A stretch of DNA of 63,414 nt, filler included. It is 4 parts of 4 records of this genome, joined end to end, with 100 filler letters (N's around TTAATTAATTAA, not from the genome) between each part and the next. Parts side by side here need not be neighbours in the genome. Positions count along the whole stretch, not along the records: positions 1 to 24,873 come from DRR723986_8696; positions 24,974 to 39,728 come from DRR723986_8699; 2 more parts are not named here. One strand, given 5' to 3'. Under the pieces are notes generated by a model, which was given only the letters and a program-made list of their open reading frames with translations, did not search any database and was not told where the DNA came from. Positions 18,539 to 28,861 of this stretch are shown piece by piece. The translations under genes were made by a program, and so were the position numbers. The first letter of the stretch is position 1. Each line of letters begins with the position of its first letter.

Positions 18539-20281
18539 ATGTCTTCAAAAACAGTCAAGTTATGCATGCTACTTTTTGTTGTAGTATTCAGCGCCTCAAA
18601 CATGTCGGCGCAGTCCTGGATAATCGAAGAAACCTTTGGGGGTGACGCAGAAGACCGTGCGTACAATTTGGTTTCACATGCCAATGGCAACGTCACACAT
18701 ATCGGCTATACCAACAGCTTCGGCGATCCGGCATTTTATCCCAATGTCCACATTGTACAGAGTGACCCGGTTGGCGCCACCATTCGCGAACTGGTCTACG
18801 ATGTGCGCGTCGCCGTGCCGATCAACTCAAGTGTGTATGAAACCGAGCTCTCAATATTTGAGTGCGCCAACGGAGACTTCGTCTGGACTACCGGCGTCGT
18901 ACCTACCCCTGGCAGCCAGGCCGATATTCTGGTGGTACGCACCAACGCAGCCGGCGGTGTCATCTGGTCAACCTATGTTGGCGCCAACAACGGTGGCGAT
19001 GATTTCTCAACCTCAATCATTGAAACACAGCCTTCCGGTGACCTTCTGATAACGGGATATACCGACGCGCAGCCAACTGCGGGCAACTACGACATTATCG
19101 CCGCCAGACTTAACAGTGCCGGTGCACTTCTTTGGGGCTCCAAGTATGGTTCCGGCAACGGTGATTATGGCCGCTGTATCCGCGAGCTGACCAACGGCAA
19201 TTTTGTAATCGTTGGTGAGACTGTCAGCTTCACCTTGCCATCCGATGGTATTCAGCTGGCGATTGATGGTGGTGGTGCGCTGCTCTGGTCCTGGAGCCAC
19301 GGCACAAACACTAATCCGCAGGGTTTCTCCTGCACTGTCCAGCACCCCGGCAATGGTTTTATTTATACAACCGGAGTCTACTGGCACACCCTGACGGCCT
19401 CCGACGTTTGGATTGCCGTTACAGATCCACTCAGTGGTGCACTGCTTACCTCTGCGCGTTATAGCGCTACCTCTACAGGGCTCGAAGGCGGTTGGTTTAT
19501 AGATAATGTTCCCGGACCGGCGGGCGACCTGGTTATTGGTGGTGTCCGCCCAGGGAATAGTGCCCCAACAACTGATGGGTTCTTCATGCTTGTTTCCTCA
19601 TTCCTGGGCGTTCCCTCACAGTACCGCATATACGGCACAAACAACACCAATGAGGAGATTCGTTGTGTTGCGCACACTGCCGGAAATGCCGGTGTTCCAT
19701 TTACACAGGGCGGCTTCTGGTCCGTTGGTTTCACCAATGCGGCGGGTTCCGGCAACTACGATCACTATCTACTGCGCTCCAACCTGGTTGGTAAAACCGG
19801 CTGTGACATGCAGGATGGAATGACAGTTCATTATCCGCAAGATTCTGAATTCATTCAGTTAACATCCAGCGGATTTGACGATACTGAAGATGCAAGTGTC
19901 ATCGACCGCTCCGTGCTCTCCCTGCTGCCGTTCTGTGCCGGCCAATATGTCTCGCCGATGGCCTTAAAGTCAGGCGCCAGTCCACTGCATCCTACGGAAG
20001 CACCGCTTGTCCTGAATGTTACGGTGTACCCACAGCCGGTCCAGGTCGGCAGCGACGTCTCAATCGAAGTTGAAATCGATCGCGCCGCGCAGCTGTCCGT
20101 TGTATTACGCGACGTGACGGGCCGCACAGTCTTTAGCACAAGCCAACAAGCTGAGGCGGGCAGCAGTATCCTGCGCCTTAAACTCAGTGAGTTGGGTGAC
20201 AACTTGAGTAGCGGAGTGTACACCCTGCAGATAAACGGCATGGGCCAGACATATGCAACTTCACTGATGGTTGTTAACTAA
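18539..20281 (+). CDS. Secreted beta-propeller-like protein with T9SS type A sorting domain (paralog 1)
   Basis: Signal peptide ending AQ, Gly-rich blade repeats (LLWGSKYG..DYG), CTD VYPQP...DVTGR...LSSGVYTLQI. GGAG RBS before ATG 18539. Confidence 0.85.
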   Translation: MSSKTVKLCMLLFVVVFSASNMSAQSWIIEETFGGDAEDRAYNLVSHANGNVTHIGYTNSFGDPAFYPNVHIVQSDPVGATIRELVYDVRVAVPINSSVYETELSIFECANGDFVWTTGVVPTPGSQADILVVRTNAAGGVIWSTYVGANNGGDDFSTSIIETQPSGDLLITGYTDAQPTAGNYDIIAARLNSAGALLWGSKYGSGNGDYGRCIRELTNGNFVIVGETVSFTLPSDGIQLAIDGGGALLWSWSHGTNTNPQGFSCTVQHPGNGFIYTTGVYWHTLTASDVWIAVTDPLSGALLTSARYSATSTGLEGGWFIDNVPGPAGDLVIGGVRPGNSAPTTDGFFMLVSSFLGVPSQYRIYGTNNTNEEIRCVAHTAGNAGVPFTQGGFWSVGFTNAAGSGNYDHYLLRSNLVGKTGCDMQDGMTVHYPQDSEFIQLTSSGFDDTEDASVIDRSVLSLLPFCAGQYVSPMALKSGASPLHPTEAPLVLNVTVYPQPVQVGSDVSIEVEIDRAAQLSVVLRDVTGRTVFSTSQQAEAGSSILRLKLSELGDNLSSGVYTLQINGMGQTYATSLMVVN

Positions 20282-20371
20282 CTGCTTTTGGCATCCCAGG
20301 ACTTAACAAACATACTGCGTGACTGGGCTTAAGGTATTTGTGATATTATACTTTAAACTTCAGCGCGCTCG

Positions 20372-20407
20372 CAGTCTCCGGTCCTTAGGGCTGGAGACTG
20401 TGTCTTG
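20372..20407 (+). terminator. Terminator-like hairpin after paralog 1
   Basis: CAGTCTCCGG..CTGGAGACTG stem followed by TGTCTTG. Confidence 0.6.
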
Positions 20408-21008
20408 CAAAATCTTCCAGACTGAATCACGTGTTGTTTCCGCAACAGTGCCAAACAAAACCGCCTTAAAGGCCACGTAGTGAGCCGCTTTTAAGCCAAG
20501 GGTAGCAGAAAACACCAAAACGTAAACTCGCAAGAAAAGACAACTCCATTTTAAACTTTTATTTGGAATTGACTTGATCTTAACACATATTCCTCATAGT
20601 CGTAATACCCGCCCCAAAGATCATACACTGCCAACGTTGAATTGGGACGGAGTTAGCCTTCATTGCTCTATGTAGTCGTACATGGCAAAAAAACGCCATG
20701 CAGTTATTTCGTGCACAAATATTGCTTACGTCCACTTGAGTCGGGACGTGGCTTAACACTTCTGGTCCACATCGATGCCGCTATACGAAAGGGTAGGCAT
20801 TGACGGTGGGAACATGCACAATCATGAACTCTCACGCGTGTACGGGGTTGACGTCCCTCGTATGCTGATGCTGTGCGTGCTGCTAAACGGCCAAAAATGT
20901 TAAGACTCCAGTGGTCAACACTTTAAAGTGTTAACCCGGCACCTCCATGCCTTTTCGACTTCACAGAGCCACTTGTACAAATACCCTATTCACTTTTTGG
21001 AGCATCTA

Positions 21009-22724
21009 ATGTTAACGAAGCTCAGACTACTTACTGCTTTATTGACCATTTTTATATTTGCTGGAACACCACTGTTTGCACAGTCGTGGATTATTGAAGA
21101 GACCTACGGTGGAGTTGGTGATGACCGCGCCTTCAACCTGGTGAGCCAGGCCAACGGCAACGTAACGCATATTGGTTATACAACAAGTTTTGGCACACCT
21201 TTTACCATGCCGAATGTACACATTGTTCAGAGTGACCCGCTCGGTGCTCCGCTCTGGGAAAATGTTTACAACGTCATGGTTGCAACGTCGTTTAACTCCG
21301 GCGCTGTAGAAACTGAGATGTCAATCTTTGAATGCGCCAACGGTGATTTTGTGTGGACCAGCGGGATTGTACCTGGACCCGGCATGCCGACGGATATTAT
21401 TGTTCAGCGTATTTCACCTGTGGGTGTGCCGATTTGGACATCATTCCTGGGTGGCGGTAATGGTGGCAATGATTATTCTACATCAATAATCGAATCACCG
21501 GGAACCTTAGATTTGTTAATCACAGGTTATACGGATGCGCCGCCAACCGCTGGTGGAGTTGATATGATTGCAGCTCGTTTCACTGGCGCCGGCGCTCTGT
21601 TATGGTCGGGTAAATTTGGTGGAACTGGTGGTGAAATTGCACGCTGCATCCGCGAAATGGCAAATGGTAACTTTGTAATTGCGGGTGAGACCAATGGCTT
21701 CTCCGCTTCTAATGACGGCATCCAGTTTGCGATTACAGGTGCCGGTGCTGTTGTCTGGGCCACACGCCACGGCTCGTCCGTAACGGGTGAAGGTTTCTCA
21801 ACAGTTGTAGAAAACACAAATGGTGACATCTACACGTGCGGGATTGCCACGGATGCGTTTGGCAATGGCAACACCTATATCGTGCGCAGTAATGCGGCGA
21901 CGGGTGCGCAGATAGCCGGTGCAACATATGACGGCTTTACGGGTGGACAGGAAGGTGCCTGGTTTATTAACACTTCAGTCACGCCCGGCAACCTTGTGTT
22001 GGCAGGTGAATACCCTGGCATAATTGGCGGGCCGCGCGATGGCTTTTTCCTGGAGGTGGGCCCTGCATTTGGCGCGGCAGTTAACTTCCGAGCCATCGGC
22101 ACGGTTGGTGATGAGCGCCTTAAAACTATTGCGTATTCACCTGGTGCAGCCGCTCCGTTTACGCTGGACGGCTATTGGATTGTAGGTTCAACAGATCAGC
22201 CTGGGGCGGGAATGTACGACCACTATTTGATTCGCACGAATCTGGTGGGCAAGACCGGATGTGATATGATAACTACTGCAACAGTTGCCACACTGACGAC
22301 GTCGGCAAATATCACCTTAACACTTAACATGTACTCGCCGGCATTTTTTGGCGGCACGCCGTATATGCCCGTCGCCTCAGGTTTGCCGCTGTGCCCCGGC
22401 CAATATGTGTTACCGTACGCTCCCAAGTCCAGTCGTGAGCCACTGTTTAATGAGGCCAAACTTGTGCATGCATTGCAGGTCTACCCGCAGCCGGTTCGCG
22501 CCGGACAGCAAGCCATGTTAAGTCTGCAGCTGGATCGAGATGCCGACCTTGAGATAACGCTAAACGACATGCAGGGTCGCGAGGTACTGTCAATGCTGCA
22601 TCCAGGCGTAAAAGGTGACAATGCAATCACGCTTGAACCCGGAAGTATCAGTAGCGGGTCATACATACTGCACGTCAAAGGGCAGGGGCAGGCGTTTTCG
22701 ACAAAGGTGATGCTGCTCGATTAA
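21009..22724 (+). CDS. Secreted beta-propeller-like protein with T9SS type A sorting domain (paralog 2)
   Basis: AQSWIIEET, ANGNVTHIGYT and NLVGKTGCD shared with paralog 1; CTD VYPQP..DMQGR..SSGSYILHV. GGAG before ATG 21009. Confidence 0.85.
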   Translation: MLTKLRLLTALLTIFIFAGTPLFAQSWIIEETYGGVGDDRAFNLVSQANGNVTHIGYTTSFGTPFTMPNVHIVQSDPLGAPLWENVYNVMVATSFNSGAVETEMSIFECANGDFVWTSGIVPGPGMPTDIIVQRISPVGVPIWTSFLGGGNGGNDYSTSIIESPGTLDLLITGYTDAPPTAGGVDMIAARFTGAGALLWSGKFGGTGGEIARCIREMANGNFVIAGETNGFSASNDGIQFAITGAGAVVWATRHGSSVTGEGFSTVVENTNGDIYTCGIATDAFGNGNTYIVRSNAATGAQIAGATYDGFTGGQEGAWFINTSVTPGNLVLAGEYPGIIGGPRDGFFLEVGPAFGAAVNFRAIGTVGDERLKTIAYSPGAAAPFTLDGYWIVGSTDQPGAGMYDHYLIRTNLVGKTGCDMITTATVATLTTSANITLTLNMYSPAFFGGTPYMPVASGLPLCPGQYVLPYAPKSSREPLFNEAKLVHALQVYPQPVRAGQQAMLSLQLDRDADLEITLNDMQGREVLSMLHPGVKGDNAITLEPGSISSGSYILHVKGQGQAFSTKVMLLD

Positions 22725-22780
22725 TCATTGCGCGCGCAACTACAGATTGATCAACTGCACGCTCTTTGTGATCAGACTGT

Positions 22781-22816
22781 AGAATGCAAGGAAGAATGCA
22801 AGGAAGAATGCAAAGA
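22781..22816 (+). repeat. 12-bp tandem repeat x3 (AGAATGCAAGGA)
   Basis: AGAATGCAAGGA AGAATGCAAGGA AGAATGCAAAGA. Confidence 0.85.
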
Positions 22817-22836
22817 TTCATGTTGTATCAGTTATT

Positions 22837-22880
22837 AACACTGCGGTGGGGCGTTTCTGCCTGCCGCAGTGTTCCTTGTT
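22837..22880 (+). terminator. Terminator after paralog 2
   Basis: AACACTGCGG..CCGCAGTGTT stem followed by CCTTGTT. Confidence 0.7.
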
Positions 22881-23461
22881 AACATTATCAACTTCGGGCA
22901 AGCACATTGGTAAAGACACACCAGGTAGCACTTTTGTAACCACCGCACTTATAGTTTACAGCTTGCAGTTTTCTGTTTGGAAATCACAATAGCATTTCTC
23001 AAAAAAAACACGGAAAAACATTTGCATTGTTGAGGCAGTTTTTGCATTATTGTGCTTGAATTGAGTACACGACAAGCAATTTCATTCTTAGGATCTGGCA
23101 ACCAAGACTATTTTTACACCGGGAATATGCTCCCGAGATTTGCCCCTCAGTTTTTGCCTGGTCGAGCTTGTTATACAAGCCTGCAGTCGTTCAATCGTTT
23201 TTTTACCCTTCTTGCCCGTCATGCAACTTGCCCGCACTCTTGTTGCATGATAATAGACAACCCTTTTCATATTTTTTTCTCTGGCACATATCACTTACAG
23301 CCTTAACGGACCGCAGAGGAATAGTTAAGTATTATTCTATTTGTAACATTTGATCAATGTTGCCGGAATGTGCCGTCTGCAGACAGCACACACCACCCTG
23401 CTTGCCAAAAATCTGCGAGTCCACTACTACTAAATTTACTGTGGTATTGTGGAGTATTAAC

Positions 23462-24873
23462 ATGCTATCCTATATGCAAAAACTATGTCTGTTTTGTTTA
23501 ATCATTGCCTTTAGTACGGCAAGTCTTAACGCACAAAGCTGGGTTGTAGAAAATCTGTATGGCAGCACCAGCGCCGACGAACAGGCGTTTGAACTGGTCA
23601 GCCACGCTAATGGCAATGTCACACATATTGCTTACACGTATTCGCTCGGGAACCCTGGTACCTATCCCAATATCCACGTAGTCCACAGCGATCCGCTCGG
23701 AAACCCAATTTGGGAACAAACCTATGAGATGCCCGTGGCCACCCCCGCGTCGGCCGGGATTGCATTTACCGGAATGGCAATCATCGAGACGGTTTCCGGA
23801 GAGTTCGTCTGGACTGCCGGTGTACACACTACAGATCCATTAAAATCAGACATCATGGTCTGCCGGACCAATTCTGTCGGTAATGTCATCTGGACAACAA
23901 CCTTCGGGCAGGGTAACACGAAGAATGACGTCTCGACTGATATCATTGAAGATCCAAATACTGGCACGCTTTACCTGACGGGTTATTCCGATGATGCGCT
24001 TGGCCAAGGTCAGGACGATATTTTTGTCGGAGCGCTGACGGGCGCAGGGACCACGATGTGGCAAAGATTGTATGGTCGCCCGGATATCGAACGTGCACAT
24101 GGCATCGGACTGCTGAGCAACGGTAATTTGGCGATGGTTGGCGAGACCAACAGCTCGACTGTTCCCTTTTTTGAGGGATTCATGTTTGCAATCGATCCGA
24201 GCACTCTGATTGTCCAGTGGGGACGACACTATGGTACGAACACCTTAGATGAAAGACTCTATTCCTTTCTGGAACACCCCAACGGCAATCTTTATGCATG
24301 TGGCACACGCTTCCAGGGTGGAAATGAAAGTGTCTACGTTGTTGAAGCGCAACTGTCGAATGGAAATGAACTTAACTCAGCATACTATGACGTCACATCC
24401 GGCAATCGTGAACGCGCCTGGCATATCACACGTATTCCTAAAGCGGAAGAAATGATTATGGTAGGTGAAGCTCCGGGAATAATTGGCGGTTCTACCGACG
24501 GTTTCCAGATGGAAATTAAAACCAACCTTGCGGTTACAAACTACCGGCTATACGGCACACCTTATAATGACGTACTACGCTGTATTGAGTACACTCCGGG
24601 CAACATGACTAATGGTCCAACCGCAGCTGGGTGCTGGATGGTTGGATATACTGACGGTAATTCAACTGATGACGAACACTTGCTGCGCTCTAACCTTGTT
24701 GGAAAAACTGGCTGTGACGAGATAGAGAATGTTTCGGCAACACTTATTTCCAACATTATTGGCACGTACATTTTGTTTGCGACGGTTCTACCCTCCCCCA
24801 TCCAGTTCGGCGTCAATGACATTCCTGTGGGTAGTTACATGCCTTGGTGCTCCGGTCAATACGTTGGCACCTA
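23462..24873 (+). CDS. Secreted beta-propeller-like protein (paralog 3), truncated by the contig end
   Basis: AQSWVVE, HANGNVTHIAYT, LLRSNLVGKTGCD, CSGQYV; runs into the N spacer before any CTD. Confidence 0.85.
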
Positions 24874-24973
24874 NNNNNNNNNNNNNNNNNNNNNNNNNNN
24901 NNNNNNNNNNNNNNNNNTTAATTAATTAANNNNNNNNNNNNNNNNNNNNNNNNNNNNNNNNNNNNNNNNNNNN
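24874..24973. other. Artificial contig spacer
   Basis: 44 N + TTAATTAATTAA (stops in all six frames) + 44 N; base composition changes across it. Confidence 0.98.
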
Positions 24974-24993
24974 TAAAGATTTGTAATCTTTAA

Positions 24994-25024
24994 TTTTCCA
25001 TGGTTTCAACCAAACCATGGAAAA
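24994..25024 (-). terminator. Terminator hairpin after the DUF5996 gene
   Basis: TTTTCCATGGTTT-CAACC-AAACCATGGAAAA. Confidence 0.75.
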
Positions 25025-25036
25025 CCGGCTTTGCCT

Positions 25037-25993
25037 TCACTTCTTTCCCATATGCGAGAAATCACAATCAAGATCTTCACGGTTCCAATTCCCACATTTA
25101 GCCGCAGCTTCGTAAGTACTCTGCAGAAATTCAAGAAGCATCTTAGTCGGGTCTACAGACTTCTGCACATCTTCGTAGGTCAGCATAAACTCACCCATGT
25201 CGTTGTTCCAATACGCTTTCTCTGGAGATATTTTAGCATCCTTGAAGTCATCATAATTTGGATAACTGTAGGCGTAGAAAACCGGAGTTTTGAAGGCTTC
25301 GCTACCTGGCCAAAATCCAACGCTAAACACTTCATGTGAATACGCTTCCTGCATGACGGAAGCAGGAATATTTGGAACCTGACCTTTAAATTCCGGTGCT
25401 TTATTTCCAGAAAAACGTGTATAGGCTAAATCAAAAGATCCCCAGAAGAAATGAATTGGGCTATTTTTTCCTGTGAATTTCGTTCTAAAAAAGCCAAAAA
25501 CGTTTTGAATATGTACCAACACTTTCCAAAGACTTTGGGCTGTATTTGCTTGGTACATGATTCTTTTCTTGTTTTTGAGAAATGGAATTGGATCCGGAAT
25601 TTCATTGGGACTTTCATGTATTTTTACATCAATCCCCAAAAACTTCAATTTTTCCATCAGCTGCTCATAAAAACTTGCAACAGTCTGTCCTCCAAGCGCA
25701 AAGCGATCACGGGTACCATTACTGGTTTTCAACCTCAACTCATGATGAATGAAATCAAACTTAATCTCAAACACCCCACCCTCATAAGGAATATTCCCCG
25801 TTGTCAATCCCTGAGCATCAACATATAAAGAAACATGCCAGGAATGATTTTGCCAGGGAGATTTTTTCAGTCTAACCTTACCTACTATCTGCGTCCACTG
25901 ATGCAACAGGTAAATGGTATCTTTATTTTCTTCAAATTGAAATACTGGCCAAGAATTCTTTTTAGGTGCCATAGGTAAAAGTTTATTCTTCAA
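25037..25993 (-). CDS. DUF5996-family protein
   Basis: WTQIVGKVRL, NHSWHV, PIHFFWGSFDLAYTRFSG, EAYSHE, GFWPG, FLQSTYEAAA. Confidence 0.85.
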   Translation of the reverse strand: MKNKLLPMAPKKNSWPVFQFEENKDTIYLLHQWTQIVGKVRLKKSPWQNHSWHVSLYVDAQGLTTGNIPYEGGVFEIKFDFIHHELRLKTSNGTRDRFALGGQTVASFYEQLMEKLKFLGIDVKIHESPNEIPDPIPFLKNKKRIMYQANTAQSLWKVLVHIQNVFGFFRTKFTGKNSPIHFFWGSFDLAYTRFSGNKAPEFKGQVPNIPASVMQEAYSHEVFSVGFWPGSEAFKTPVFYAYSYPNYDDFKDAKISPEKAYWNNDMGEFMLTYEDVQKSVDPTKMLLEFLQSTYEAAAKCGNWNREDLDCDFSHMGKK

Positions 25994-26021
25994 TTTATAG
26001 GTTTTCCTTCCTGAACAAAAA

Positions 26022-26720
26022 TTAAATTTCAGACTTTAGCATATTTTCAAGGGTAATTATGCCGGAAGTCGCATTTTCCAAGATATAAACAACTTTTTTA
26101 TCCAGGCGAACCCCCGGATTAGTGGTGTCGATCAAAAACACCTTGCTGTGTGAAGGAACAAAATCATCCAGTCCTGCAGCTGGATAGACTTGTAGTGAAG
26201 TTCCTATCACCACGAAAATATCTGCACTGGAAGCAATTCTCATCGCCTCCTCCATCAAAGGTACTTGCTCCCCAAACCAGACTATAAATGGCCTCAATTG
26301 ACTTCCACGCTCGCATTTATCCCCTTCTTTGATCTCCCAGTGATCCAAGTCATAAACCAATCTTGGATCCACAGTACTCTGAGCTTTCTTCAACTCCCCA
26401 TGAAGATGAACAACCTTGGTGGATCCAGCGCGCTCATGCAGGTCATCCACATTCTGAGTGATGATCGATACATCATACTCCTGTTCTAATTTTGCTAGGG
26501 TGAAATGAGCTAGGTTCGGTTCACATTCCAAAAGCTGTTTTCTGCGTTGGTTGTAAAAATCTTGTACAAGCATACGATTTCTTCTCCACCCCTCAGGTGA
26601 AGCCACCTCCATCACGTCATGACCCTCCCAAAGTCCACCAGAATCCCGAAAAGTCTTGATGCCACTCTCTGCAGAAATCCCTGCACCACTCAGTACTACC
26701 AAATGCTTCTTTTTGCTCAT
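26022..26720 (-). CDS. cobB: NAD-dependent protein deacylase (Sir2 family)
   Basis: GAGISAESGIKTFR, TQNVDDLHERAG, HLHGEL, RPFIVWFGE, GTSLQVYPAAG. Confidence 0.95.
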   Translation of the reverse strand: MSKKKHLVVLSGAGISAESGIKTFRDSGGLWEGHDVMEVASPEGWRRNRMLVQDFYNQRRKQLLECEPNLAHFTLAKLEQEYDVSIITQNVDDLHERAGSTKVVHLHGELKKAQSTVDPRLVYDLDHWEIKEGDKCERGSQLRPFIVWFGEQVPLMEEAMRIASSADIFVVIGTSLQVYPAAGLDDFVPSHSKVFLIDTTNPGVRLDKKVVYILENATSGIITLENMLKSEI

Positions 26721-26857
26721 AAGTTATTGTGAAAAATTGAAACATTAGACGGATAACGCTCATCTCTTCATACAGATCAACGCTGAAAAAGGTAGCTGAT
26801 TATCCCTTTTCTAATCCAAGAAATTTGCCTGCGCAAATCTGAGAAAACTATTCAATC

Positions 26858-27517
26858 TCAAATAAACCTACACTTTAGATATTTGATTTTTTCTCCTTTG
26901 TCAGAAAACATTTTTTCGTAGCGGGTCTGAATTCCAAAGTGATCGTCCTTCCACTCTGATTGATAGAAATCATGCGTAAAACCAATTACTTCTATATCTT
27001 CTCTGGACTGGAATAGCTCCAATGAGTAATTAAATAGATTCGTATTGTCAGTTTTGAAGTGCAAAAAGCCATCATTCTTTAACATAGGCTTATACATATC
27101 CAAAAAACGCGGAGATGTCAATCTACGCTTTTCATCCCCATCCCGAGGAAATGGATCTGGGAAAGTAATCCAAAGCTCAGAAATCTCATCTGCAGCGAAG
27201 TACTTTTCGAGAAGTTCAATCTGGGTTCTTAGAAATGCCACATTGTGAATCCCCTCTTTGGTAGCTGTCGAACTGCCCTTCCAGATTCTACTTCCTTTGA
27301 TATCTACACCAATAAAATTTTGATTAGGGAAATTACGGGCTAATCCTACGGTAAACTCACCCCTACCACAGGCAAGTTCAACTACAATAGGATTCGGATT
27401 TTGAAACTGTACTTCATTCCAGCTTCCTTTGATCGATTCAAAAATTGGCTTACCAGCCTGGATTACATTTGGGTTCTCCTCGTTTTCTTGGAAGCGAACC
27501 AGTTTTTTTCTACTCAT
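26858..27517 (-). CDS. trmB: tRNA (guanine-N7)-methyltransferase
   Basis: VELACGRGE, GVDIK, WITFPDP, KRRLTS, HFKTD, TRYE. Confidence 0.95.
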   Translation of the reverse strand: MSRKKLVRFQENEENPNVIQAGKPIFESIKGSWNEVQFQNPNPIVVELACGRGEFTVGLARNFPNQNFIGVDIKGSRIWKGSSTATKEGIHNVAFLRTQIELLEKYFAADEISELWITFPDPFPRDGDEKRRLTSPRFLDMYKPMLKNDGFLHFKTDNTNLFNYSLELFQSREDIEVIGFTHDFYQSEWKDDHFGIQTRYEKMFSDKGEKIKYLKCRFI

Positions 27518-28858
27518 CTAAAGCTCTTCGATTTCTGCAACCACAAAAGTACTCCCTCCTACAAAAATCAAGTCATCTTCCGCTGCATTTTTTCTCGCAA
27601 ATGCTAAAGCTTCATTTATATCAGGAATAGTTTCACCTGTCAAGCCCAAAGGAGCTGCCATTTCAGCTAATTGATCGGCAGGTAACGCTCTTGGGAGTTT
27701 AGCTTCGCAAAAGACATAGTTTGCCGATTTTGGAAGCATGGACAGCACTTTGGAAATATCTTTATCCTGAACCATCCCAATGACAAACCATAACTGTTCA
27801 AAAGTGTAAGTTTCTAATTGGGAAAGAATTTCTCGAAATCCTGCTTCATTGTGTCCAGTATCACAAATCACTGTTGGATTGGAGGACAACGTCTGCCATC
27901 TGCCCTTCAAGCCAGTTAATTGTGTGACATTTTTCAAGCCTTCCAAAACTGCCTCAATTGGCAAATTCCAGCCCATTTGCCTCATTTGAGCTACGGATTC
28001 AAGAATTCCCGGCAGATTGTACTTCTGATAATTCCCATTAAGCCCAAAAAACAGATCAATCGTTTCTTCTCCCTGTGCCGTGGTCTGTGTCTTCACAGAC
28101 CACTTTAATTCCTCTGATTGATTGAATGATTGGATACTGAAAATCGCCTTGCCGTCTTCTTCCGACGCTTTACTAGCTTTCCAATTTTGATCCGCAAAAG
28201 TGATGAGCGCGTTCATCGTCTTGGCTTTTTCCAAAAAAACGGTTTTCGTCTCTTCATGTGTTTCGCTGATCACCACAGGAACGTCCTTCTTAATAATTCC
28301 AGCTTTCTCTCCTGCAATTAAAGGCAAGGTATCTCCGAGGAACTGCACATGATCATAACCTATATTGGTGATCAAAGAAAGTTCTGGAGTGATAATATTC
28401 GTACTATCGTAATTCCCGCCCATACCGACCTCTATGATTGCAATATCTACTTCCTGCTCTGCAAAATGCCAGAATGCCATTCCAACTGTCATTTCGAAAA
28501 AGCTTGGTTTGAGTTCATCTAGAAAGCTCTTGTTTTCTTCCACAAACCGAACAACTAGCTCAGGGCTTATTTCCTGTCCATTAATTCTGATTCGCTCAGT
28601 GAAAGTTTTGAGATGCGGTGAGGTGTAAAGTCCGGTTTTATAACCAGCGCTTTGAAAAATTGCTGCTAAACTATGGGAGGAACTTCCTTTCCCATTTGTA
28701 CCTGCTACGTGAATTGATTTGAATTTCTTTTCGGGATTTCCGAGGTGATCGCAAAGTGCAATTGTACTCCTTAGATCCTTTCTGAAAGCAGATGCTCCCA
28801 CTCTCTGAAACATAGGAAGGGAGTTAAACAAGTAATCCAGCGTCTCCTGGTAATTCAT
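27518..28858 (-). CDS. folC: Bifunctional folylpolyglutamate synthase/dihydrofolate synthase
   Basis: HVAGTNGKGS, YTSPHL, FFE, EVGMGG, DH, EKAGIIK, GRWQ, DTGHN. Confidence 0.95.
   Translation of the reverse strand: MNYQETLDYLFNSLPMFQRVGASAFRKDLRSTIALCDHLGNPEKKFKSIHVAGTNGKGSSSHSLAAIFQSAGYKTGLYTSPHLKTFTERIRINGQEISPELVVRFVEENKSFLDELKPSFFEMTVGMAFWHFAEQEVDIAIIEVGMGGNYDSTNIITPELSLITNIGYDHVQFLGDTLPLIAGEKAGIIKKDVPVVISETHEETKTVFLEKAKTMNALITFADQNWKASKASEEDGKAIFSIQSFNQSEELKWSVKTQTTAQGEETIDLFFGLNGNYQKYNLPGILESVAQMRQMGWNLPIEAVLEGLKNVTQLTGLKGRWQTLSSNPTVICDTGHNEAGFREILSQLETYTFEQLWFVIGMVQDKDISKVLSMLPKSANYVFCEAKLPRALPADQLAEMAAPLGLTGETIPDINEALAFARKNAAEDDLIFVGGSTFVVAEIEEL
28080..28103. repeat. Perfect REP-like palindrome inside folC
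   Basis: GTGGTCTGTG-TCTT-CACAGACCAC. Confidence 0.7.
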
Positions 28859-28861
28859 TGC

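Noticed and set aside
22781-22816. Tandem repeat as a possible CRISPR array
   Set aside because: The units are 12 bp with no spacers, and no cas genes or spacer-repeat arrays were seen in the window.
18539-24873. Paralog array as a diversity-generating retroelement target
   Set aside because: No reverse transcriptase is present, and divergence is spread across the genes rather than confined to adenine positions of a template/variable repeat pair.
24918-24929. TTAATTAATTAA palindrome, also present in the other two gaps
   Set aside because: It is centred in identical N runs and is a synthetic six-frame stop linker.
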